Shown here: positions 40,078-52,496 of the stretch, piece after piece | Layout: each line of letters begins with the position of its first letter | Numbering within the stretch: the stretch's first letter is position 1 | From: Lingula anatina | Lineage: Eukaryota; Animalia; Brachiopoda | Length of the DNA stretch: 64,000 nucleotides | NCBI GenBank assembly: GCA_051362555.1 | Contig: JBPQGU010000016.1 | Span: 2,976,001 to 3,040,000, forward strand | Direction of reading: 5' to 3' | Translations under genes and position numbers: made by a program | Notes under the pieces: model-generated | What the model was told of the DNA's origin: nothing | The model's input: the letters and a program-made list of their open reading frames with translations, nothing else | Databases searched by the model: none

Positions 40078-40602
40078 ATGAAAAAAATAAATGTTATTGA
40101 TTTATTTGCTGGAATTGGTGGGTTTCATTTAGCATTTGATCAAGATAAATTAAATGTTGTTCTTGCATCTGAAATTAATAAATATGCAATTGATGTTTAT
40201 AAAGAAAATTTTAATATTGATTCTAATATTGATGTAAAAGATATTAATATTGAAATTTTAAAAAAATTACCAAAAGAAATACATTTTTTAACTGCTGGTT
40301 TTCCATGTCAACCATTTAGTATTGCAGGTGCAAAAAAAGGTTTTAATGATCCTAGAGGTAAATTGATATATAGTGTTTTAGAAATAGTAAAAAAATTAGA
40401 TAAATTAAATAAAAAACCAAAAATATTATTATTAGAAAATGTTAAACATTTAACAAAAATTGATAATGGTAAGGTTTTTGAAAAAATAAAGAATATATTT
40501 GAACAAGAAAATTATATTACATTAAAAGAACCATTAATAATTTCTCCTCATGATCTTGGAATACCACAAGATAGAAAAAGAGTAATCATTCCTTTCATTC
40601 TT

Positions 40603-40646
<44 letters not shown>

Positions 40647-41318
40647 GCCCTTGAAATTCTTAATTCTCTTTATATAAAAGAACCATTAGATACAATAGAT
40701 GTTTCAAAATTTTTAGAAACAAATACAATTGATAAAAAATATTTTTTAAAAGAAAAACAATTAAAAATATTAGATATTTGAAATATTTTTATTAAAAAAA
40801 TTAAACGTAATAATAAAAATTTACCTGTTATTTGAATAGATGAATTTAAAAAAGAAAATTTAAAAAGAGATATTTCTCATTTTACAAGTTGAAAACAAAA
40901 TTATATTAATAAAATACGTAAATTATATTTTGAAAATAAGGATTTTATTGATAATTGAATTGAAAAACATGATGTTTATAAATGAAATGGTTGAAATAGA
41001 AAATTAGAATGATGTGCAGGTAAAGATAATTATGATATTAAAAATTCATTTATACAATTAAGACAAAGTGGTATAAGATGTAGAAAAAAAAGTAATTTTC
41101 CTACTTTAATGGCATCTGGACATGTTCCTATTTTATTTGATAAAAATTATAAGAAATTTAGATATTTAACACCAAGAGAGTGTGCAAATATTCAGAGTTT
41201 TCCCAAAACATTTAAATTATCAAAAAATGATTTACAAGCATATAAACAGTTTGGTAATGCAGTAAATGTAAAAGTAATTAAATATGTTGTGGATAAACTA
41301 ATAAAACTTATAATGTAA
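40078..41318 (+). CDS. Phase-variable DNA (cytosine-5)-methyltransferase, frameshifted OFF by (AG)20
   Basis: Motifs FAGIGG, GFPCQPFS, ENV, QDRKR before the tract; LTPRECANIQSFP, YKQFGNAV after it in another frame; removing one AG unit restores a full ORF. Confidence 0.92.
40605..40645 (+). repeat. (AG)20 dinucleotide microsatellite
   Basis: Direct count. Confidence 0.97.
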
Positions 41319-42358
41319 TGTCAAATAAAAAACTTAAAAGACCATATTGAAATATTGATTCAGATTTTAATTTTTATTTTGAATTTGAAAAAACACAAAA
41401 TGTATTTAAACTTTCAGAAACATTAAATTTTAAAAAAATTAAAAATAATATTTATCAATGAAAAAATAAAAAAATATTTTTTGATAAAATTACAACTTTT
41501 GGTAAATCTAAAAATGGAGATATTAATGATTTAAGACTTTGTATTTCAGGTAAAACTTGAAAAGAAAATATTGATTTTGTATTAGGATATCATCCAAATA
41601 CAAAATTATTTTTTTTATTTGAAAATACAACAGTAACTAAAGTAGATACAGTTAGTTCATTAACTATTTATTTACATGATTTTTTATATTTTAATAAATT
41701 TAATAAATTTAAATATTTTTATAAAACAAATGCTCGTTATTCAAATTGTTGAGTTTTTAAAGATAAAAAAATAATATTTCAATTATTAGAAAATAAAAAT
41801 ATTTATTTTAATTTAAGAAATGAATATGAGTATAAAAAAATTAAAAATCAAATTAAGACATTAAAACAAGATTTAAAATTAACAGATGAGCATGAAAAAT
41901 TATTAAAAGAATTAGAAAATGAATTTAATAATAATAAAAAAATAAAAGAAGTTTTTGAAAAAAATATTTTAGAGATAAATAAAAGAATAAATCAAAATTA
42001 TTGAAGAAACAAATTAATATCTAAATATGACGGAAAGTGTTTGTTAACATCTTTACATACAATTCAAGTTTTAGAAGCTTGTCATATTAAATGAAACAAA
42101 GATTGTAAAAGAAAAGAAAGAATTGATCCTAGAAATGGCATATTATTAAGTCCAACTTTTCATAAATTATTTGATAGAGGTTTATTTACATTTAATAATA
42201 AATTTGAAATAGTTTATTCTAATTTAATTGATGAAAAAGATAAAAAATTAATTTCAGATTCAATAAAAAATAAAAAAAATTATTCAAATATTTTAAAAGA
42301 ATTAGTAGATCAAAAATATTTAGAATATCATAGAAAAAATATTTTTAAAATTAGTTAA
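41318..42358 (+). CDS. HNH endonuclease (C-terminal HNH, putative restriction enzyme)
   Basis: TAATG overlap with the MTase stop; RINQNYWRNKLISKYDGKC...EACHIK...PRNGILLSPTFHKLFDRG. Confidence 0.85.
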
Positions 42359-42583
42359 AAATAAAATTGAGTTATTTTTTTATTTCATTTTAAAAAAATA
42401 ATATCAAAATATATTAGATAAAAAAAATTAGAAAATTAGAAAATAAAGTATTTAAAATATTAGTAAAAATTATAATTGTTAACATTTTTAATTAAATAAA
42501 AAATTTTAAGTAAAAAAACTTATTTTATTTTAAAAATCATTAATAAAAAAATTTTAAAAAATAATATAATTTTATGAAAAAAA

Positions 42584-42985
42584 ATGAATAAACAACAAAT
42601 AAAAATGAAAGAATTTGCAAAACAAAAAGAAATAGTTAATGAAATGTGCGAATATATATATCTTGTTATTGAAAAATATTGTAATAAAGATGAAATTACT
42701 TTTTCAAATACTAAAGAAAATTTTATTGATTTATTTATTAAAGATATAAAAAAAAATATTGAAATAAAAGAATCAGATATCAATGAAAATATCAAAAAAA
42801 ATATAGAAAAAATAAAATTAAAAGAATTTTCAAAACAAAAAGAAATAGTTAATAAAATGTGTAAAAATATATATCTTGTTATTTATAAATATATGAATAC
42901 AATTACTTTTTCAAATATATATTTAACTTTTGTAGATTCATTTATTAAAGATATAAAACAAATATTTTTAAAACCACAATGATAA
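42584..42985 (+). CDS. Hypothetical protein with internal duplication
   Basis: KEFxKQKEIVNxMCxxIYLVIxKY...ITFSN...FIKDIK occurs twice. Confidence 0.65.
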
Positions 42986-44088
42986 TGCACAATAAAAATA
43001 TATTAGGTAAAAAAGAAATTGTAAAAGAATTTGAAAAAAGTTTCATATTCAAAATAAACTTATAAATAATATTTTTAAAATTTTTAAAGTAAATTTAATA
43101 TATTTAATTAAAAAAAATAAAAAATTCTAGTTTAGGTATTTTTAAATTTATTAAAACAAAATAAAGATTTGTTATTAATTTATAAAATAAAAAAAAATTA
43201 AGATATTAATAAAAAAAATTAAAAGTTTAAAGTTTCTAAAACTGTTAAAAAAAGAATTAGAAACATTATAATTTTTTAAAAATATATAAGTATTTAATTA
43301 ATTTATCTCTTTTTTACTTTCTTTTTTATTAAAAATATTTGTTTTTAAATGTTTTTCACATAAATATAAAAATCTAAAAATTCAATATTAATTCAATAAT
43401 TATAATTATAAGAATATAAATGAAACAACATATTTAATTGTAAATTTATTAATTTTTATTTAATTTCTTGTTTATGAAATTTATAATTAATGCTTGTTAT
43501 TTATATAAACATTAAATAATTTTGAACATTTTTTTATTTCAATAGATTCTTTTTAATTTAATATTTTTTTTATATCTAAATATAAATTTCTATTTTTTTT
43601 ATTATTTCATATATTTTTTTTATAAAATCTTTAATATTAACAATATTTTTAAATATATTTTTCATATAATATTTTTTATATTTTTATTTTAGATAATTCT
43701 TTAATATCAAAAATATATTTTAACTTTATTATTAGACCTATATTCTTTTTAATATGTTTTAATGTTATTTTTGTTTTGTTAAAGATATTGTTTTTGGTAT
43801 TTACTTATTTTTTTTGTTTTTCATATAATATTTTTTATATATTCTTTAAATTTTTCTTTATTTATATTTCAATATTTTCTTTTATTGTTTTCTTTTTATT
43901 TTTTACATTTATTTTACAAATTTAATATTTATTTTTTGTATCAACCATTTTAAAATATACATACTTAATATACTTTTTTAATTGTTTTTTATAATTTTTT
44001 TTACTTTAAATCTTTATATTATTTTGTTCTTCTGCCATTGATTTTATATTTAATTTGTTTAAATTTTGAATTTTAATAAAATGATTTA

Positions 44089-44556
44089 TTAGTTTTTATA
44101 TTTATTATTGAATCAACTTAGTAAATATAAAAAACCAAAACAAATTATAAATGACAAACACAGACACAAAAAAATAAAACCTATTATACAAATTATTTCT
44201 GTATGTGGTCTTGTTGCTATTTTTTCATTTACATTTATAACAATTGAGATAATAGTTGTTAAAGAAATAGAAATCAAAACCAAAAACAAAGAACTAAAAT
44301 TTAAATAATTTTTAAATGTTTTATTTAATAATTTAATTTCATTATCTTGTTTTTCTACATTTTTTTTAACGTCATTTAATATTACTTCTGTTTTTGCTTC
44401 TTTTTTAGTTAAATTTTCAGTATTTTCAAATAAATAATTTTTGTTATTATTTTCATATATATAATCTAGTTCTTGTTTGTTTTCAAAACATTCAGTACAT
44501 CAACCAAATTTATTTAGTTCTTTATTTTTTTTACATTCTTTACATTTATTATTCAT
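44089..44556 (-). CDS. Zn-finger (CxxC..CxxC) plus 2-TM protein; candidate toxin of the Panacea gene
   Basis: MNNKCKECKK...GWCTECF, coiled region, two C-terminal TM helices; 36 nt downstream of the DUF4065 gene. Confidence 0.65.
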
Positions 44557-44592
44557 AGTAAAATTTTTAATTTTGTTAAATATTTTAATAAT

Positions 44593-45186
44593 TTATTCTA
44601 AAGAAAAACACTCATTATAAATACTTTCAATATTTTTAGTATTAACTTTTAATTTTTTTCTATTTCCATTTCTATTTAAGGTTTCTTGTCAAGCATCTTT
44701 CCAAATTTTTTGTTTATGTGTTTGTTTATATAATTCAAAAGAATCATATTTCATTTTTTTATTTAATGTTTTATCTAAAACTTGATTAATTAAATTTCAT
44801 ATAACTATATCTTTATCATTTAAATCATTTTTTATAATTTTAAAAAATTTTTTTTCATTTTCAGTTATTTCAACAATATTAGATATTTCTTTGTATTTTA
44901 AAGATAACATTGAGATATTAAAATATTTTCAAACTTTATAATTAACTGGTCCATAAGTTCAAGCTTCAAAATCATTTTCAAAAAAAGAATATTTATTTTC
45001 TTTATAAAAAAATATATAAAAAAATCAAAGTAATTTTTGTAGTTTTAATGGACCTATTTTTTTATTAAAATTTTTTTCAACTTTAAAAATAATTAATTTA
45101 GCTATAAATATTTCATCAATTAAAAATTTAGAATTTTTTATATTAAAAAATATTGCTTGATTAAATTGTTCTTTTAATGCATTCAT
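44593..45186 (-). CDS. Panacea/SocA/GepA (DUF4065) antitoxin
   Basis: GPLKLQKLLWF...FFENDFEAWTYGPVN...LYKQTHKQKIWKDAW. Confidence 0.88.
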
Positions 45187-45522
45187 AATTTTTTACTCTT
45201 TATATTTATAATACAATGTGTTTTTATAAATTTTAAAAAAATATTTTTTCTATTTCTTATTCTAATTTTTATTATTTTTCTTCAATTATTATTTTTATTG
45301 ATTTTTTTTTTTTTTTTTTATTAATTATTCACTTTTTACTATTGTTAAATAGATAATATTTTTTTATTGTTTTTTTCTTTTTTTGATATTGTATTTAGTT
45401 AGTGTTTTTTAAAAATAGGGTTGTTTTTTACAGCAACTAACTTTAGTGTGATAATTATTAAATTTAAAATATAATATTCTTATAAAATTATTATTTTTAA
45501 TATGTATTTAGAATATTATAAA

Positions 45523-45558
45523 AAAAATCTATGAACTTTTAAATTCATAGATTTTTTA
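45523..45558. terminator. Bidirectional intrinsic terminator-like hairpin
   Basis: aaaaaatctatgaa-cttttaaa-ttcatagatttttt. Confidence 0.6.
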
Positions 45559-45582
45559 TGTTTTTTATTTGTTTTTTCTATT

Positions 45583-45972
45583 TTATAATTTAATTAAAAA
45601 TTTTGTTTTTTCTATATCTTTTTTAGTTTTATCATCAAAAGTTTTACTTTTTATTAAAATATCTTTTAAATTATTAGTATTAAGTATAATATTTTTAATA
45701 TTTATATTATTTTTTTCTATAATTTTAATATTTTTATTGATTTTTTCTATAAGTTTTGATTGATTTTGTTGATATTCATTAAATTGATTGTTATTTTCTA
45801 ATTCTGCTTTAAAAAATAATTCTCTTGTATCATTTCATTTATTATCTAACTTTTCTAATTTATCATTTCATTTATTATCAAGTTTATATAATAAACCTAA
45901 AGTAAATAAAAATAAAATTATAATGGTTCCTACAATTGAAAATATAATTGTTAATGATTCGTTACTAATCAT
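45583..45972 (-). CDS. TM/coiled-coil protein
   Basis: MISNESLTIIFSIVGTIIILFLFTLGLLYKLDNKWNDKLEKLDNKWNDTRELF; purine-rich RBS region. Confidence 0.6.
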
Positions 45973-46265
45973 TTTTTTTCTTTATCTTTTCTTCTTTTTT
46001 ATAATTTAATTATATACCCAAAATTTTTATAAAAATTATAAATAAAAATAAGTTTTATCTAGTTTTTATTGATATATTTTTTAAATATATTTTTGTAATG
46101 TTTTTTATTTTTTTCTGTTACTTTTTGTGTTTTTTCAAATTATATTAAAGATTTTATAAAAAAATCATTATTTTGAAAATTTGATATATATTTATTTTAG
46201 TTTTTTTCTTTTTAATTAATGTTAAATGAATTTTTATAGGTTTATTTTTAAATTTTTGTTTAATT

Positions 46266-46308
46266 AAAAAAAATACAACAATATTAAATTAATTGTTGTA
46301 TTTTTTTA
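46266..46308. terminator. Bidirectional intrinsic terminator-like hairpin
   Basis: aaaaaaatacaacaat...attgttgtattttttt. Confidence 0.6.
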
Positions 46309-46326
46309 TTTTATTTATTAATTATC

Positions 46327-46590
46327 TTAGCAAAATAATCATGGTTTTTTACTAAAAGAACATTGAAAATCTATTCATTTCCCTTCTTTTGTTTCATTAT
46401 TACATTGAAAGACTTGTACTTTTTCTGTTAAGTTGTCATATCTATAAAGAATGTTTAAATATGTTTTAACACCTGCTTTACAACAACATTTTGATGAAGT
46501 ACATTCACAATGTTCATTGTGTAAGATTTTCATTTTTCTTTCTACAAAAAATTGATATCTTGGATAATGTTTGTTTCAATTATTTTCCAT
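46327..46590 (-). CDS. Small Cys-rich hypothetical protein (87 aa)
   Basis: GAAAGGA RBS; HCECTSSKCC; downstream hairpin; divergent from GHKL ATPase 1. Confidence 0.6.
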
Positions 46591-46683
46591 ATTTTTTCCT
46601 TTCAATTTGATTATAATTTTAAAAAATTTTATTATTGCATATTTTTTAAATGCTGCTAAAATTTATTTAAATTAAGATTATAA

Positions 46684-48156
46684 ATGAAAACAAATAGAAT
46701 AGAGAAAATTTCTTTAAGACCAGAAGTAAGATATTGAACAACATATAAAAATGAAAATTATGAAGTTAAAGATGTATTAGCAGAATTAATTGATAATTCA
46801 TATTCAAGTTATATAAAAAATAAAAAAATACTTTTTAAAAACAATCCAAATTATAAATTAAAAATTTCAATTTATTTAGATTCTGAAGACAAAAAACTTA
46901 TGGTTTTTGATAATGCATTTGGTATGAATTTAGAGGAACTAAAAAATGGTATTAAGTTACAAAGTAAACAAGATTTAGATAACAAAATTGCATTAAATGA
47001 ACATGGTTTAGGTTTAAAAAAAGCTGCAATTTGAATTGCAGATAAATTTAAAATTGAAACTAAAAAATTTAATTGTAAATATCAAAATAATATTGAAATA
47101 GATCATAATAAATTAAAAGAAAATAAAGATGATAATTTTATTCAAGAACTTGAATATGATGGAAATATTAAAGATTCATTTACAAGAATTACATTTTCTA
47201 ATTTAAATAAAAATATATTTAAAAAATTTGATTTTAAACCTTTTAAAAAATTAATTCATGAAATTAAAGATATTTACAGAAAAATTTTAAAAGATAAAAA
47301 TATTGAATTAAGATTTGCTATAAAAAAATATAATGGATTTGGTTATGCAACATATATTAATTTATCAAATAAAGAAAATTGTGATGATAATTTAGATTTA
47401 ATAGAACCTATTAAAATAGATGAAGAATTTCAATATGAAATAAATAAAGATGAAGAAAAATTTTATAAATGAGATTTTAATCAAGAATTTAAAGTATTAA
47501 ATGATTTTGATAAATGAGAAAAATTTATTATTTATGGAAATATTGGAATAATTAATAATTGATTAAATTGATCAAAAGATAAAATATTTAAACCTGGTAT
47601 TCATTTTTTTAGAAATAATAGAAAAGTATCATATTTTTCACCAAATAAAATATTTAATATAAATGATAGAAACATTGAAAGAATATATGGTGAAATTAAT
47701 ATTTCAGATAATTTTCAAACTATTACAACAAAAAATAAAATTAAATGAATTGGTGATTTAGAAGAACAATTTTTAAAATTTATTAATGAATTTTCAATTG
47801 ATAAAGATTTTTTAAAAATTTTTAAATCTTTAAAAGAATTTAATGAAATTAATAAATATCCAGAAAATAATGAAAAAATTATTTATGAGTTTAAAAAACA
47901 ATTAAAAAATAAAAAAAGTAAATTTAAAGATTTTAAATTAAAAATAAATGATGATTTTGATTATAAAAATCAAAAACCAATTGAAATTGATAAAATAAAA
48001 AAAGAAATTAAAATAAATAGTAAAAATAAAATTTTTAAAAATTTAAGTATAAAAGAAGCATCTTTATTAAATTTTTTTATTTTAAATATTATTGAAAAAA
48101 TAAAAGAAACAAATGATGAAGAATTTTTGAAAAAATTTTTAGAAATAATTAAATAA
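46684..48156 (+). CDS. GHKL (MORC/MutL-like, HATPase_c_3) ATPase, copy 1
   Basis: LAELIDNS, DNAFGM, LNEHGLGLKKA, FTRITF; 490 aa. Confidence 0.88.
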
Positions 48157-48158
48157 AA

Positions 48159-49433
48159 ATGAATATTAAATTACTTGAAGGAGAATTTTTTAAAAATTTT
48201 AAAGAAAAAAATTCAAATAAATATAGCAATTTGGTTTTAGATAGTATTTTTTTGAATTCTAAAAAAGTAATTAATAAAGGAACTTCTTTGGATTTTAATA
48301 ATAATTTAAAATTTCAAAATAAATCTGGAATTATTGTTGGAAAAATTCAAAGTGGTAAAACTTTAAATTTTATAGGTTTATCATTTTTAGCATTAGATAA
48401 TAATTGTGATATTGTAATTATTTTAACTGGAACAGATAATAAGTTACAAAGTCAAACATTTAAAAGAATTAATGATTATTTTAAGAATTGAAATAGTAGT
48501 TTAGATTTTAATAGAACTGAATTTTTAATAAAAACAACAAAAGAATTAAAAACTTTTAATAAAAATGACCTTGAATTATTAAACTTAAAAATTGAAAATA
48601 AAAAATTAAAATTATTTATTGTTTCATTAAAAAATACAACACATTTAAAAAGAATAATTCATTTTTTAAATACAAGTAATTGTAATTTTAAAAATAAAAA
48701 CATTTTAATTATTGATGATGAAGCAGATTTAGCAAGTTTAGATGGTAATGTAAGAAAAAGAGAAAACAATGAATATATTCTTAAAACAAAAATTAATAAA
48801 CAAATTTCAGATGGTATTTTAAAAAAAATAAATTCATATTTTTATTTATCTGTTACAGCAACACCATATATACATTATTTATTAGAAGAATCTGATTCTT
48901 TAAAACCTGATTTTATTGAAATTTTAAAACCATCAAATGAATATTTTGGTTTAAAAGATTTTTTAAATAAAGAAAACAATTGTATTAAATTAATAAAATA
49001 TAATAGTGTAGATAATATATTAAAACATTCTTTTTTACCTAATTCATTAAAAAGCGCTATTTCTTTTTTTATTGTTTATAGTTATTTTTATTTAAAATTT
49101 TTTAAAAATAAAAAAAGAACAGAAATGATAATAAATGTTGCAATAAAAATTTTAGATCATGAAAAGATTAAAGAAATAATTCAAGAACAATTTTTTGATA
49201 AATATAAAGATTTTGCAATGAATTTAATTTATAAAAATTTAGATGAAAAAACATATAAATATAAAGAATCATTTTTAGAATTAAAAAATATTTTTAAAGA
49301 ACCATTAGATGAAATTAAAAGAATTAAAAATATAACTTTTAATGAAAAAGAAATTATTTTAAATTTATCTAAATTTTTATTAAATAGATTAAGTAATCCA
49401 ATTATAATTAATAGTAAATCAGATGATTTAGAA

Positions 49434-49469
<36 letters not shown>

Positions 49470-50372
49470 TTAAACTTTAGTTCTTTTATATATATTGGTT
49501 CAAACTTAATTCAAAGAGGGATTACATTTTCAAATTTATTAATTTCATATTTTGCAAATATGTCTAAAACAAGTATATTATTTGATGTTTTGTTACAAAG
49601 AGCAAGATGATTAGGATATAGACAAAAATATAAAGAATTTATTAAAGTATTTACCAATGAAAAAATTTTAAATGTATATAAAGAAATTTATAATGCAAAT
49701 GAAGAAATTTTAGAAATAATTTTAGATCAAAATAAAGATGATATGTCTAAAATAAAAGATTTATCACAACATATAAAAAACAAATCTTATTATTATAATA
49801 GTTTGTTTTTTACAAATAAAAGAAGATATTCAGATTTAAAAAAAGATATTTTTAAAGATGGATTTAAAATTTCACAAAATCAACTTTATGAAAATACAGA
49901 TGTTGAAATAGATTTTATAAATAAGTATTTTGAATTAGCTATTGAACATCATTTTTCAAATTTAACACATAAAGAATATATCTTTAAAAATGAAAAATGA
50001 ATGAAAAAAGTTGAAAAATTTTTAAAATTTGTATTTAAAAAATTTTATTTAAGAAATCATTTAAATTTAAACAATTTTTTTTCAAATATAAAAGAAAACA
50101 ATTTATCTTTTTTAATATTATTTATGAGAAATCTTTCTAAAGAAAGAACATTAAAATGTCGTTCAAAAAATGAAGAACATAAAAATTGTTTTATAAATGA
50201 TATTTATGTTGGAAATGTTTTAGGTTCAAAATATGTTGGAGATTTTTATTTATATAGAGAATATGATGAAAAAACTGTTATTTTACAAGTGCATAAAATT
50301 AATATTGATTGTAAATATAATGGTTTGATAAAAGATAAATATTTTTATTTTTTATATTTTCCAAAAACTTAA
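48159..50372 (+). CDS. Z1-domain SF2 helicase-like protein
   Basis: GKIQSGKT, ILTGT..KLQSQT..R, IIDDEAD, SVTATP, IGSNLIQRGITF, DVLLQRARWLGYR; four track ORFs in one frame (737 aa). Confidence 0.88.
49434..49469 (+). repeat. (AAT)12 in-frame poly-Asn tract
   Basis: Direct count, inside the Z1 gene. Confidence 0.9.
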
Positions 50373-50378
50373 ATTAAT

Positions 50379-51179
50379 ATGAGTAATGCAGAATTTTTAA
50401 AAAATATTTTTGTATTTAAAGGTTTTAATAAAAAACAAAATGATTATTTTTATGGAATTGGCAAAATAAGAAAAGATTTTCAATTTTTAATTTTAAAGGG
50501 TAGTTGAACTGGTTTTAAAAATTATGAAAATATTGATAAAAATGATATCAAGTTTAAATTATTAAATCAATTTTTAAATAATAATTTAATTATTAAAGAT
50601 TTTGAAAACAATAGATATTATTTTAAAGAAGATGTTTTATTTAACACATGTTCTTTAGCAGCAAAATTTATTTTTGGTAATTCAAAAAATGAAATTAATG
50701 GATTTAAAAAATGAAAAGATAAAGAAAACGAAAATTTAATAGAATTTTTTATTAATAAAAAAGTTAATAAAAGAAATAATTCAAAAAAAATAGAATCATC
50801 AATTTATTTTTTAGATAAAGATATTGATGGTAAAAAAATATTTGCTAAAGCTTTTTTATATGATGATTTAAAAAGAGTAAAAGTTTTTAAATATAGTTAT
50901 TTTTCAAAAGAATTGTATTCAAATTATCTATATGAAAAATTATTAATTAAGGCTAAAAATCATCCTAAATGATCAATTTGGGCTTTAAATTGTATAAAAA
51001 GAAAAATATTAGTATTTGAAAAATTATTAAAAAATAAAACAATTATTTTAGAAAATAATAATTATATTTTTAAAGAAGATTTTATATTTAATAGTAAAAC
51101 AGGTGTAACAAATTTCTTTTTTGGTTATAAAACATATTCAAATTTATCTTTTGAAACTTATTGAAAATTAAAAATATAA
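50379..51179 (+). CDS. Tandem DUF4357 (RAMA-like) domain protein
   Basis: Domain A FLILKGS...YYFKEDVLFNTCSLAAKFIFG...INGFKKWKD; domain B AKAF...VKVFKYS...YIFKEDFIFNSKTGVTNFFFG...W. Confidence 0.72.
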
Positions 51180-51219
51180 ACATAAGATTTTTAATTATTT
51201 TTTTGTGTTAAAATCAATT

Positions 51220-51296
51220 TGATAGAAATTAATGATTATTAATCATTTTTCTTGAACTGTGTGAGCAGACCTTTTTAATCTGCTCCTTTTTTTTAA
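51220..51296 (+). ncRNA. Putative small RNA/leader ending in an intrinsic terminator
   Basis: Extended -10 (tgttaaaat) at ~51206; hairpins aatgatt/aatcatt and gagcaga/tctgctc plus T-run, about 11 nt before the next ATG. Confidence 0.4.
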
Positions 51297-51306
51297 AAAA
51301 ATAATT

Positions 51307-51861
51307 ATGGGTTATTTTTATTATAAAAACAAACTTTTTTTTAAAAATGATGAAACATCAGAATCATTTAAAATTAAATGACTCTATACATATATTATTT
51401 CAGAAGAAAAATTTGCAGAAATAGTTGAAAAACAAGCTAATAGAAAATATAATTGAAAAAAATGTAGAAAAAATAATGGGAATTGTGTTAAATATATTGT
51501 TTATTTAGGTTTTAGAAAAACAAGAGATGATAATGTTTTTTTCTTTGAATTAACATCCAAAACAACAAAAAACTATAATATTTTATCTAAAAAAAGAAAA
51601 TCAAAACTTTATGATTTAAAATATTCTATTGGTAATAAAAAAATATATTTAAAAGTTGACAATCTTTATTTTGGAAATTTAAATTTTAAAAAAGCTAAAA
51701 AAGATGAAAATCATAAAGAAGAAATTATAAAAATTTTTAAATCTAATGATTTTCAATCAAAATTTATTAAACATATAAAAATTCTTGCTGAAAACACTAA
51801 ATTAGATTTTTTTAAAAGAGTATTAGATTATCATAATAAAAAAATAACAAAAAATAATTAG
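51307..51861 (+). CDS. Basic hypothetical protein, possibly PemK/MazF-like fold
   Basis: KYIVYLG...VFFFELTSK...IYLKVDNL pattern; 184 aa. Confidence 0.5.
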
Positions 51862-51917
51862 AAAATTCCATTTATAATTGAATGGAAAAATAACACACAA
51901 TAAAAAAATTGTTATAC

Positions 51918-52496
51918 AAATAAATGATAATAAGAATTTAAAGTTTTTGATTAAAGAAAAAAATTTTAAAATTTAAATTAATTTAAATGAACATTATTCT
52001 GATTTTTCTCATTTTAGTACTGGAACTTTTGAATTAAATAAAATATTAAAAACTTTATTAATTTTAAAAAATTTAGTTAAAAATAAAGAAAAAAATAAAT
52101 ATTTATTTTTATTAGATGAACCAACAAATTCATTGAGTCATTATTCTATTAATGTTTTAAAAGAAGAAAAAGAAAAAACAATTAAAGATAATAATAATTT
52201 TTATTTTTTTATTATTTCACATAGAACATCAATTATGGATGAAAACACTTTTCAAAATTTATATTTTTTACAAAAAAAATATGATGTAAAGAAAAAAAAG
52301 ATTGTAACAGAAATACAAAACAATGTTATTAATTTTAAAAGTTATGGTGAAAAAACAGATTCAAAAGAAAAAGAAACAAATTGGTGACTTTATCCTATCT
52401 TTATTAAACTTGGTATTAATAAAGAATTTACAATGAAATTTTTAGATAATAAAATTATTTTTGTTGAAGTATATCATTATATGTTTTTATTTATTT
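51918..52496 (+). pseudogene. Partial degraded copy of the OLD-nuclease gene (mirrors ~54283-54870)
   Basis: Near-identical LLDEPTNSLSH...KEKETNWWLYP block; no 5' end; TOPRIM VEGYHD changed to VEVYHY. Confidence 0.85.

Noticed and set aside
43290-44040. Minus-strand gene-like stretch starting MAEEQNNIKDLK with recurring aaaaatattatatgaaaaa
   Set aside because: Multiple TAA stops and no recognisable motif; probably a decayed gene, but not assignable
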